Assembly (NCBI GenBank): GCA_007131535.1
Contig: SLQI01000277.1
Location: 1 to 37,947 of the forward strand
Direction: 5' to 3'
Length of the DNA: 37,947 nucleotides
Source of the DNA: Balneolales bacterium
GTDB taxonomy: Bacteria; Bacteroidota; Rhodothermia; Balneolales; Natronogracilivirgulaceae
The first letter of the stretch is position 1. Each line of letters starts with the position of its first letter. A program made the translations under genes and the position numbers. This document shows positions 17,628 to 25,862 of this stretch, one piece after another. Under the pieces are notes generated by a model. The model was given only the letters and a program-made list of their open reading frames with translations, was not told the origin of the DNA and searched no databases.

Positions 17628-19497
17628 ACTCTCCGGAAGTTGGTGAAAACTCCGGGTGATGATAAATGAGCTTGTCTTTTTCAGGATCGTATTCAGCAAT
17701 GCCTTGCCGCTCATTGATATAAAAACGGGTTTTACCATAATCAATACCCGACCGTTCATCTTCTACCGTAACGGCGGCAAACCACTTTCCGTCTGATCTG
17801 CGATAGATTTCCGGAGAGGTAACTACCGGAGGTATTGTATCCTGCTTTATATAAAACTTCCCGAATTTATTAATGGCAACGTCCAGCCCGGAAAGGTGCC
17901 GGCTGCCGGGAACGCGGCTTAAGTTGCCGTTGCGGGGATTACGCTCATACAAAGCCAGATTCTCTTTATCGCGCAGTTCTTCACTGAGCAGCAGGGAGAC
18001 AGTAACCGGTGCGGCAAGCGGTTCGCTATCGGGAAATATTTTAATGTAGGGGGATTCCGCTTCCAGATTGTGATACAGGGCGACGGATAAGGTGTCAAAC
18101 ACCGAATGTTCGTTGAAACGTGCACTTAATACATGGTCAGACGTCCGAATTGTTGTTTCCCTGCCAGGTATGATGCGGTGTACACGCTGCGCTGAAAGAG
18201 GAGTTTTCAATTCCATCGACTTTACCGGATCGAGGCGGAAGCCTTGCCGCGACGGACCGGCGGAATTTGCCATAAGTTGATTTCTGAAACTCCCGATTCT
18301 TGCAGCTTTGATCGACTTATTTGTGGAATCCGGTGCGAGCCAGTTTTTATGCCAGTACCAGTCGGTCAGGTCTGATGATCCCCCTTCCGGCACCGAAATA
18401 TCGTGATGACCGGTAATGTGGTGGGCGGGCGAATTGGGTACCTGCCGATCCACGATGACCGAACCCCGGGCTTCCGCAGAGTTGCCGGCAAAATCCCGGG
18501 CGACGATGGTTACCGTATAGGTACCATCCTCCATATCCAATATACCGTTATATCCGGTCGGTTGATAAAACGGAAGTGAGTTACCTGCTACCAGGTACAG
18601 CCGTTGATATCCGCGACGGGTATCGCGCAGAGTGGGGTAAACACGGTCGATAAACATCTGGCGACTCTGGGAAAAGTGAAAACTGTCAGCCCTGGAATAG
18701 AAAAATTTTTGTCCGTCCACCCACAACTCCAGTTCATAAACCGCATGGATATTATTCGAGCCGTCGGCACGATCCATAGCGTTGATGGCCAACCCGGCCG
18801 GACCGGTGATTTCGATCGTGCCGAAATCAAAGTAGTCCCCGTTAAACTCCGCGCGCTTTCGTTTGATTTCCCTTTTTCCGTTGACCAGGGTGTGTGGGGA
18901 TAGCGGTTCTATGGCCAGACCGGAAAATCGTGGCGGGATGTTATCTTCTACCGAAATATTGGTGAGCAGAGGGTTCACCGGTATATTGTCGGGCGTTCTG
19001 ACTTCGAAATGCAAATGAGGAGGGCCGACTCCCGTGGATCCGCTCCATCCGATTATATCCCCCTGATTGAACTTGATGCCGGTATCATCCAGCCTGCGGT
19101 TAAAGACAAAACTGTAATCTTTAAAGCGAAGGGAGTCCACAACTTCACGGATTTCCGGGGCGAAGTCTTTAAGATGAGCATAAACGGTGAATGAGCCGTC
19201 GGAATGCTGCAAATATACGACATTGCCATAGCCACGCGGTGTAACCCCTGCCCGGTACAATATCCCATCACGTGAAGCAAAAACGGGATAGCCTTCGTGC
19301 CCCCAGGTGCCGATATCTATGGCCGAATGGAAGTGTTGAGCCCGAGTTTCTCCAAAAGTGGATGAAATATAGTTGCTCGCGTTGGTCGGCCAGAGGTATT
19401 TGACTTTATCCGACAAAAAGTCGCTGTCGGATTTTGCAAAAACGCTGATCGCGCTTCCGCATATTACGAATACCAATAACAGACCGGTTTTGATCAT
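17557..19497 (-). CDS. M23-family (LytM-type) metallopeptidase with a long C-terminal extension
   Basis: 646 aa with a signal peptide. The HxxxD motif is in AQHFHSAIDIG and the HxH motif is in GPPHLHFEVR. Its ATG overlaps the upstream TGA (ATGA, 19494-19497). Confidence 0.85.
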   Translation of the reverse strand: MIKTGLLLVFVICGSAISVFAKSDSDFLSDKVKYLWPTNASNYISSTFGETRAQHFHSAIDIGTWGHEGYPVFASRDGILYRAGVTPRGYGNVVYLQHSDGSFTVYAHLKDFAPEIREVVDSLRFKDYSFVFNRRLDDTGIKFNQGDIIGWSGSTGVGPPHLHFEVRTPDNIPVNPLLTNISVEDNIPPRFSGLAIEPLSPHTLVNGKREIKRKRAEFNGDYFDFGTIEITGPAGLAINAMDRADGSNNIHAVYELELWVDGQKFFYSRADSFHFSQSRQMFIDRVYPTLRDTRRGYQRLYLVAGNSLPFYQPTGYNGILDMEDGTYTVTIVARDFAGNSAEARGSVIVDRQVPNSPAHHITGHHDISVPEGGSSDLTDWYWHKNWLAPDSTNKSIKAARIGSFRNQLMANSAGPSRQGFRLDPVKSMELKTPLSAQRVHRIIPGRETTIRTSDHVLSARFNEHSVFDTLSVALYHNLEAESPYIKIFPDSEPLAAPVTVSLLLSEELRDKENLALYERNPRNGNLSRVPGSRHLSGLDVAINKFGKFYIKQDTIPPVVTSPEIYRRSDGKWFAAVTVEDERSGIDYGKTRFYINERQGIAEYDPEKDKLIYHHPEFSPTSGEYELKVVVPDKSENIARKTFKIQR

Positions 19498-20150
19498 TTC
19501 ACTGAAACAGACAGGGTCGAAAGGTTTTCACCAAGTTGAGCTACGAGCCGGTCTCCTTTGGTTACCGGACCGACTCCCTCAGGAGTACCGGTAAAGATAA
19601 GGTCTCCGGCACTCAGAGAAAAATGTTTGGAGAGCCAGGCGATTAAATTCGGAACGGTGAAAATCATATCAGCTGTGGTGCCGTCCTGAACTGTTTGGCC
19701 GTTGCGCGTTAAGGTAAGGCGGGTATCGGAGAGATCCGGTAATTGAGAAGGCGGAAAAAACCGGCCCAGCGGGGCGAAGGTGTCCAACCCTTTGGCAAGG
19801 TCCCAGGGATGGGATTTCTCCTTTAGTCGGGACTGGATATCACGGGCCGTCATATCAAGGCCGATGGCGTGGCCGGCTACATAGTCAAGCGCGTCGGCCT
19901 CCGGGATATTTTTACCGTCCCGCCCGATAGCGACCACCATTTCCACCTCATGATGGACCTCATTGGTGAACTCCGGAATCGTGATGGAATCCCCGTCAAA
20001 AATCAGAGATGAAGCCGGTTTGGTGAAAACCACCGGGTTTTTGGGTACCGGGTTGTTGAGTTCACGGGCATGTTCGGCGTAGTTGCGTCCGATGCAGAAT
20101 ATCGTGTTGACGGTTAGGTGATCAAGACCGGGTAATTGAGGGCGTGCCAT
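19494..20150 (-). CDS. Fumarylacetoacetate hydrolase (FAH) family protein
   Basis: 218 aa with the blocks IFCIGRNYAEHARELNN, PVVFTKPASS, HHEVEMVVAIG and GDLIFTGTPEGVG. Confidence 0.85.
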   Translation of the reverse strand: MARPQLPGLDHLTVNTIFCIGRNYAEHARELNNPVPKNPVVFTKPASSLIFDGDSITIPEFTNEVHHEVEMVVAIGRDGKNIPEADALDYVAGHAIGLDMTARDIQSRLKEKSHPWDLAKGLDTFAPLGRFFPPSQLPDLSDTRLTLTRNGQTVQDGTTADMIFTVPNLIAWLSKHFSLSAGDLIFTGTPEGVGPVTKGDRLVAQLGENLSTLSVSVK

Positions 20151-20172
20151 AGGCTGATAGATTTGTGGCTAT

Positions 20173-20207
20173 AAAAAAAGCCTTAATGATCAGCAGTCAT
20201 TAAGGCT
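20173..20207 (-). terminator. Rho-independent terminator of rplU-rpmA
   Basis: On the minus strand AGCCTTAATGA and TCATTAAGGCT form an 11-bp perfect stem (20179-20189 and 20197-20207). The stem is followed by T7 (comp. 20173-20179), about 38 nt after the rpmA stop. Confidence 0.8.
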
Positions 20208-20244
20208 TTTAGGAGGTTACCATGAAATATAAAAATTCTGATAA

Positions 20245-20502
20245 TCAGGCAGGGTCAACTGAAACGATACGTTTTTTGTTTTTGCCGGCGACGCGGAATG
20301 TTACGGTTCCGTCCGCTTTGGCAAACAGCGTATCATCCCCGCCGATGCCGACATTGCGACCGGGGTGAAATTTGGTTCCACGCTGACGAACGAGGATATT
20401 ACCGGCAAGCACCTGCTCACCGCCGAATTTCTTCACTCCCAGCATTTTCGGGTTGGAATCGCGGCCGTTTTTCGTTGAGCCGCCACCTTTTTTATGTGCC
20501 AT
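20245..20502 (-). CDS. rpmA: 50S ribosomal protein L27
   Basis: The sequence [52 protein letters not shown] is unmistakably L27. Confidence 0.97.
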   Translation of the reverse strand: MAHKKGGGSTKNGRDSNPKMLGVKKFGGEQVLAGNILVRQRGTKFHPGRNVGIGGDDTLFAKADGTVTFRVAGKNKKRIVSVDPA

Positions 20503-20516
20503 AGGTAAACTGAGGT

Positions 20517-20825
20517 TTAGGAGCTAATGGTTTCAATCTGAAGTTGCGTCAAATCCTGGCGATGACCTTGTTTTTTGCGGTAGCCTTTACGGCGCTTTTT
20601 CTTGAAGACGATGATCTTGTCATCCCGCAGATGGCTGACTACTTTGGCCTTAACTTTGGCATTTTCCACCTCGGGAGTACCGATTTTAACATCTTTACCG
20701 CCAATCATCAAAACGCGGTCGAAGGTCACCGACTTGTTTTCTTCAGCCTGCAGGCGGTTGACGTAAATTACATCGCCTTTAGCTACTTTATGCTGATGGC
20801 CTCCGATTTCTACTACTGCGTACAT
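20517..20825 (-). CDS. rplU: 50S ribosomal protein L21
   Basis: It starts [25 protein letters not shown] and contains [28 protein letters not shown]. It lies directly upstream of rpmA. Confidence 0.95.
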   Translation of the reverse strand: MYAVVEIGGHQHKVAKGDVIYVNRLQAEENKSVTFDRVLMIGGKDVKIGTPEVENAKVKAKVVSHLRDDKIIVFKKKRRKGYRKKQGHRQDLTQLQIETISS

Positions 20826-21212
20826 GTGATTTTATTATGACCTTGGTGTGTGGCTTTAAAAAGTGATAGACTTGAAATATAAAGAAAAGCGGGCCGGATT
20901 TCAAGCATTGTAGTAGACAAAAAACAAAACCCGCTCCACAGATACTGTTTAAATGGGAAATTCAAGAACTCAAACTGCCGGGCATTTGTATCTGTTTGTT
21001 TAAACAAGCTGCATGCAAGTTGGGTTTTCAGATTATTAAAACACCGGGAGAAATATAACCCCACCTATGCGTTAAACTTAGTACAATGCAATATTTTATG
21101 TTGCATTGTTATCTGCCGGAAGTAATAGTAATCGAGTTTCAGGTGTAAACAATGCAGCCTGAAATTACTATCTTTCGGGTAATCCGTATCACAGATAAAA
21201 TGGGAAGTTGCC

Positions 21213-21452
21213 ATGGAACAGAAAGAAGAAGTTATTGAGCGTTTGTTGCGTCAGCTTGAGAGTACCATTCAAACCGGGAAAGAAAAATGGGAGTCCCCGG
21301 AAGTTCAGGCGAAAGTAGAGGACCTTCGGTCTTTACTCAGAAAATGGCTGAAAGAGTATCCGGTCGGAACGCTGGCTGTTTCGGTTGTATCGGGGTTTGT
21401 ATTAGCCAAACTCTTAGGGGTGGGCCGGTCACGCAAACGATTTGAGGAATGA
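21213..21452 (+). CDS. DUF883/ElaB/YqjD-like tail-anchored small membrane protein
   Basis: 79 aa. A charged helical N-terminus is followed by a single C-terminal TM segment, YPVGTLAVSVVSGFVLAKLLGVGRSRK. This matches the YqjD layout. Its stop overlaps the next ATG (ATGA, 21449-21452). Confidence 0.55.
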   Translation: MEQKEEVIERLLRQLESTIQTGKEKWESPEVQAKVEDLRSLLRKWLKEYPVGTLAVSVVSGFVLAKLLGVGRSRKRFEE

Positions 21453-21934
21453 AAGAAAACGGAAAATTCACTTCTGGAGAATCTGCCGATGAGCCTTCGC
21501 TTTTAAGCCGGTTTCGTAAGGTCCCCGGTGATGTTAAGTTACTGGTGGAAAAACGAATGGAATTGTGGGCCCTGAACATCGGAGAGTTGATTACCGGACT
21601 CCTGGCCGAATCAATTTATCGGCTAACCGGAGTTGTAATGCTTGCAGTTTCGGGTTTGTTGTTGTTAATTGCGGTGGCTTCCTTTGTCGGGGAGCTGGTC
21701 GGAAACGAAAGTCTGGGCTATGTGATCGTGGCAGCCCCTTTTTTACTGCTGGGATTGCTGTTTGCCAATAAACGCCCGAGATTTATCATTGCCCGAACTC
21801 AGCAACAGATGATGGACCAGTTTTATGCCGGCATGGAGGACCAAAAGTCGAAAATATTGCAACAGGACTCAGCGGAGGGTTCTGAACGGATGAATCACAA
21901 TTCGGAAGCGAAAGAACAGAAAAACGAGCGATAA
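21449..21934 (+). CDS. YqjE-like membrane protein (annotated as phage holin family, holin superfamily III type)
   Basis: 161 aa. It has an amphipathic segment, LLVEKRMELWALNIGELI, followed by two hydrophobic helices and a charged tail. It sits between a YqjD-like gene and a third small membrane-protein gene. Confidence 0.5.
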   Translation: MKENGKFTSGESADEPSLLSRFRKVPGDVKLLVEKRMELWALNIGELITGLLAESIYRLTGVVMLAVSGLLLLIAVASFVGELVGNESLGYVIVAAPFLLLGLLFANKRPRFIIARTQQQMMDQFYAGMEDQKSKILQQDSAEGSERMNHNSEAKEQKNER

Positions 21935-21944
21935 TAATACGTTT

Positions 21945-22337
21945 ATGGCCAAATCGGATAACGGGGAACAGAAAGCGACTCTGGAAGAACGTAAAGCCAG
22001 GCTGGAATCTGAATTGGAAGATATCCGGAATGAGCTGGGCGGATCATGGGAAGAAGTTAAGCGACAGGTAAAGAACCGAAGCAAGGGTTCTTTTTGGCTC
22101 CATAAGTTTCCGATTACTTCGGTAAGTCTGGCGTTTTTGCTGGGCATGTGGCTGGCTCGTGATCGCTCCCCCCGCCGCGATAATTCATCTGTCGCAAATC
22201 CGAACAGCGTTCGTTCGTTACTGACCAATGAATTTAAACATATTGCCGTACAAAGGTTGACTCGCTCCATTATGAATCAAATCGACCAGGCGGTAGATCA
22301 GATTAAAAAAGAAAAAGAGCGCGACGAAGACTCCTAA
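21945..22337 (+). CDS. Small single-pass membrane protein (YqjK-position gene of the trio)
   Basis: 130 aa. It has a coiled-coil N-terminus (LEERKARLESELEDIRNEL) and a central TM segment, FPITSVSLAFLLGMWLA. It starts 10 nt after the previous stop. Confidence 0.5.
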   Translation: MAKSDNGEQKATLEERKARLESELEDIRNELGGSWEEVKRQVKNRSKGSFWLHKFPITSVSLAFLLGMWLARDRSPRRDNSSVANPNSVRSLLTNEFKHIAVQRLTRSIMNQIDQAVDQIKKEKERDEDS

Positions 22338-22419
22338 TCAGCATTATTCACCGGGAAGTATAGCTGTGACCAGTAGGTCCGAAACTATTACATTTTCTTA
22401 AGACACATCCACTTTTTTG

Positions 22420-22625
22420 CAGACACTAATTAGTTTCTGTAAGAAGACAGGTAGTATCTTAAAAAAAGCCAACATCTGGTGCCGTATATTTGGTAATTCA
22501 GGAATTCAGGTTGGGTTTAAAGCAACTCATGGAGCCAAATACCCAATTTTTCTTAATCTACTGATTTACCTTAATTACCTGTTGTTTCCAAATGGCATCA
22601 TGTGTTTTCTTTCAGACACTAATTA
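22420..22625. repeat. Exact 13-nt direct repeat CAGACACTAATTA (22420-22432 and 22613-22625)
   Basis: Both copies were read directly. Each is preceded by a T-rich run. They lie 193 bp apart inside a 654-bp AT-rich intergenic region. Confidence 0.6.
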
Positions 22626-22991
22626 AGATTTTCGTTTTTTGTCGGGCAAGCTTTAAATTACGCTTTTCTCAAAGTGCCGGTTCTCCCGGGATTTGCTGTA
22701 GCATTTGTTGAGTTTTGATATTACTTCCGTCCGGGAATTACAATATGATTCATCAATTCACCGGATTAGCATATGAAATCCCCTTTAAGACCGGCATCAT
22801 CATTTTAAATTAAATTATACCCGGCTGATTGAATAACAGACGGTGTGGCAAGGCCTTTTTAATTTGATTTTATGACTAATTCCGTAACCCGGGTGCAGCC
22901 TGCCCGAAATTTTCTGCAACTATTGCCGGATTGTTTACGTCTAAACCGGTTGTGTTGTCAAGAATCATAACTTCCAGAACCAATACCTGAT

Positions 22992-24353
22992 ATGATACGA
23001 CTTACGATTTTTATTGCCGCTTTAATACTGTTTACCTGGGAGAGTTTGGAAGCTCAGGAGCAGATTACTCTGAATGAAGCCATCGATATCGCCGTAGATA
23101 ATAATACCATGCTTCGGCAAATGGAAAATAATGTTGAGCGTTCTGAACTGGATATTCGCAACCAAAGAGCAAATTATCTTCCGAGTCTGAACCTAAATAC
23201 TCAATCCGGCATAACAGCAGGGCAGCAATTTGATGCCTCTTCTTTTGAATTTGGAAACTTTGTAAATACCACAGGATCGGGATCCATAAATACCGGCATT
23301 GATTTATTTACCGGTTTTCAGCGAATTAACAACCTCAGGAGTGCGCGGGCCGGACACGAAATCGCATCGTCTGAATATGAGCGGACTAAAGAGCAGGTCA
23401 TTTTTAATACCGCCCAGGCTTATCTGGAGGTACTTCTTGAAAAAGAACTTTTAGAAATTACCAGGGAAAACCTTGAAACAAGCCGCCGGCAACTTGAACA
23501 GGTGGAAGCTCAGGTTGAAGTGGGTACAGTACCAAGTGTGGATATGTATGATCAGCGAGCGGAGGTAGCTAATACCGAACTGGAACTTATTCGCCGCGAA
23601 AATGCCCTGGAAATGGCAAAAACACAGTTTATTGGATATTTGCAGATCGATCCGTTTGTGGATTATGAACTGGTAGCCCCGGAAATTGAGGATGCTGACC
23701 TCATCCCGCAAGATTATGAACTTCGGCAATTAGTGGAAGAGGCTATGGCAAACCGCCGGGACGTTGTCGCCGCACGCAAAGAAATTGAGCAGTCCAATTA
23801 CGATATCAGTGCTGCTGAAGGAGGTCGGTACCCCACTATTTCACTGAGCGGACAATTGAGCACCAATTATAGTGAGCGGCGTCAGGATCCCATTACAGAA
23901 GAGACCATCCCGTTTACAGAACAGTTTTTTGATCTCAATGTTTCCCGTAATGCCGGCATTTCGGTATCTATTCCATTATTTAACCGGTTTCAAACTTCTA
24001 ATGAGATAGAACATGCGCGAATCAGCCGTAGAGATGCCCAGTTAAACCTGGAAGATTTACAATTTGATGTGATCCAGGAAATCCGTCAGGCCTATAATGA
24101 TTACCGCGGCTACAGCAAAGAACTGGAAGCAACTGAAACAGCTCTTCAGGCCGCTGAGATGGCTTTTGAAACCCAGCGCGAGCGATATGAAGTTGGAAGC
24201 GCCACACTGCTTGAGTTAACGGAAGCTCAAAACAGATTTGTAGAAGCACAGTCCAATCGAATTACAGCGCAGTATCAGTTCATATTCCAGGAAAAAATTC
24301 TTGACTATTACCTCGGGCGGATTTCCGAAGATCCTGATATTGTTGGCATGTAA
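22992..24353 (+). CDS. TolC-family outer-membrane efflux protein
   Basis: 453 aa. The signal peptide is MIRLTIFIAALILFTWESLEAQ. It then reads ITLNEAIDIAVDNN and shows the duplicated coiled-coil/beta pattern typical of outer membrane factor (OMF) proteins. The end reads NRITAQYQFIFQEKILDYYLG. Confidence 0.85.
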   Translation: MIRLTIFIAALILFTWESLEAQEQITLNEAIDIAVDNNTMLRQMENNVERSELDIRNQRANYLPSLNLNTQSGITAGQQFDASSFEFGNFVNTTGSGSINTGIDLFTGFQRINNLRSARAGHEIASSEYERTKEQVIFNTAQAYLEVLLEKELLEITRENLETSRRQLEQVEAQVEVGTVPSVDMYDQRAEVANTELELIRRENALEMAKTQFIGYLQIDPFVDYELVAPEIEDADLIPQDYELRQLVEEAMANRRDVVAARKEIEQSNYDISAAEGGRYPTISLSGQLSTNYSERRQDPITEETIPFTEQFFDLNVSRNAGISVSIPLFNRFQTSNEIEHARISRRDAQLNLEDLQFDVIQEIRQAYNDYRGYSKELEATETALQAAEMAFETQRERYEVGSATLLELTEAQNRFVEAQSNRITAQYQFIFQEKILDYYLGRISEDPDIVGM

Positions 24354-24416
24354 TAAATTAACTTGTGTAAGCTCTTGCAAGAGTCGTAATATATTTTGAA
24401 TCATTTTTCTGCTAAA

Positions 24417-24462
24417 GGCGTATGAGGAGGGTAATCATCCCAGAACTCATACGCCTTTTTTT
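24417..24462 (+). terminator. Strong terminator-like hairpin plus T7 that ends at the ABC ATPase start codon
   Basis: GGCGTATGAG (24417-24426) pairs perfectly with CTCATACGCC (24446-24455). An inner GGG/CCC extends the stem. T7 (24456-24462) is followed immediately by the ATG at 24463. Confidence 0.6.
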
Positions 24463-25164
24463 ATGGAAACAATGATTAACCTTACCGACATCAAGCGCAC
24501 GTATTACCTCGGGAAACAAACCGTGGAAGCCCTCAAAGGGGTAAACTTTTCCATTGATGAGGGAGAATATGTTGCTATTATGGGACCTTCGGGTTCGGGT
24601 AAGTCTACTTTAATGAATATCATCGGCTGCCTGGATTCTCCCACCTCCGGATCGTATATGCTAAACGGCAGCGATGTGAGCGCGCTGAGCGACAGTCAGC
24701 TCGCCAAAGTGCGCAATAAAGAGATCGGATTCGTTTTTCAGTCATTCAACCTGCTGCCCCGGGCGGATTGCCTTACCAACGTTGCCCTGCCGTTGGTATA
24801 CGCCGGTGTGTCTCGAAGCGAACGGAAGAAAAGAGCAATGGAGGCCCTCGATAAAGTCGGGCTCGCCGATCGCTTTCATCACAAACCCAATGAACTTTCG
24901 GGCGGACAGATGCAGCGGGTGGCCATTGCCCGGGCGTTAATCAACGCTCCTTCGATCGTCCTGGCCGATGAGCCGACCGGTAATCTGGATACCCAGACCG
25001 GTGAGGAGATAATGAGACTTTTTGAAGAGCTGCAGAATCTCGGCCACACCATTATTCTTGTGACTCACGAGGAGGATATCGCCGAAATGAGTAAACGCAT
25101 TATCCGGCTGCGGGATGGTATTCTCGAATCCGATGAGCTGGTAACCCGGATGGCCGGGGTATAG
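24463..25164 (+). CDS. ABC transporter ATP-binding protein (MacB/LolD-type ATPase)
   Basis: Walker A is GPSGSGKST, the signature is [15 protein letters not shown] and Walker B is [19 protein letters not shown] is also present. The true start may be the second ATG at 24472, which gives [11 protein letters not shown]. Confidence 0.9.
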   Translation: METMINLTDIKRTYYLGKQTVEALKGVNFSIDEGEYVAIMGPSGSGKSTLMNIIGCLDSPTSGSYMLNGSDVSALSDSQLAKVRNKEIGFVFQSFNLLPRADCLTNVALPLVYAGVSRSERKKRAMEALDKVGLADRFHHKPNELSGGQMQRVAIARALINAPSIVLADEPTGNLDTQTGEEIMRLFEELQNLGHTIILVTHEEDIAEMSKRIIRLRDGILESDELVTRMAGV

Positions 25165-25370
25165 AAACCTCTGCTTCATTTTTTGCCACACCCTCCGGTA
25201 CTCCCAAAGGGTTATCTGTGGAAAGAAATTTCAGATACTTATTGGCTGCCGGATTCTTACAAATTGCAAAATAGTCGAAATGTGGCCAACTACGGTAAAA
25301 TGCCGGATTCACGAGAGTAAACTTTGTAATTCACTTTTTGATCACCCCGGAAATACTCTTCTGAAAGACA

Positions 25371-25400
25371 ACCAGACAGGTTTTCAAACACCTGTCTGGT
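25371..25400. other. Perfect 10-bp hairpin (ACCAGACAGG, N10 loop, CCTGTCTGGT) in a gene-free gap
   Basis: Read directly. There is no flanking T-run on either strand, so it is not a canonical terminator. Confidence 0.5.
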
Positions 25401-25862
25401 TATGCAGGCTAAAGCAATAGTTAGAGTGTTAGACATAAATTTAGGGGCTGAAATATAATCCGGACGAAAAAAGCAAACGGGAATATTTATTCTGGCTTTC
25501 CTAAATGCTAAATTAGCCGGGTTCATGCATAAAATTATCAATGCGGCGTTTAGCGATACACCGGTCATAATGAATCCGGGTATTCGGGATTCGACCGTAG
25601 GTTTTTCCGCTTAAACCAAAGTAGTCTTTTAAAACAGCCAATAAAGTGGCCATGGTTTAGCTTTAAAGGATGAATTCGGTGGAGCATTTGAAATAACTGA
25701 AAAGGGAATACATGGAATCATATAGAGTAGATAATATGTATTTTGCTATTAATGCTCAGAAGTACCGGTTAATCTGGTTAACTTCGGAACCGCGTTGAGT
25801 AAGTAGAAACCACAACCAAACGAGGCAGTACCATTATTTTTCCTCCAGCAATTAAGCATTTA

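Noticed and set aside
16140-17759. Track start of the GWxTD ORF at 17759, and similar TTG-extended track starts at 4109, 9244, 11359 and 33111
   Set aside because: These extensions overlap the preceding gene or precede a clean ATG with a signal peptide. I re-called the starts at 17627 (or 17588), 4097, 9220, 11323 and 33168.
22417-22626. 69-aa ORF in the AT-rich gap upstream of the tolC-family gene
   Set aside because: It has a TTG start and an unprotein-like, hydrophobic and AT-driven sequence. Its ends simply coincide with the 13-nt direct repeat read in two different frames.
25290-25568. 92-aa minus-strand ORF in the gap after the ABC ATPase
   Set aside because: The sequence has no motifs and overlaps a more protein-like 46-codon ORF in another frame. 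I treat the region as unassigned rather than coding.
25578-25601. GGGTATTCGGGATTCGACCGTAGG, which resembles the 5' end of tmRNA (GGGGCUGAUUCUGGAUUCGACGGG)
   Set aside because: There is no matching 3' acceptor or T-arm (GGTTCGAATCC...CCA) within about 400 nt. There is no ALAA-type tag reading frame. The downstream sequence is AT-rich, poorly structured and runs into the rhomboid gene.
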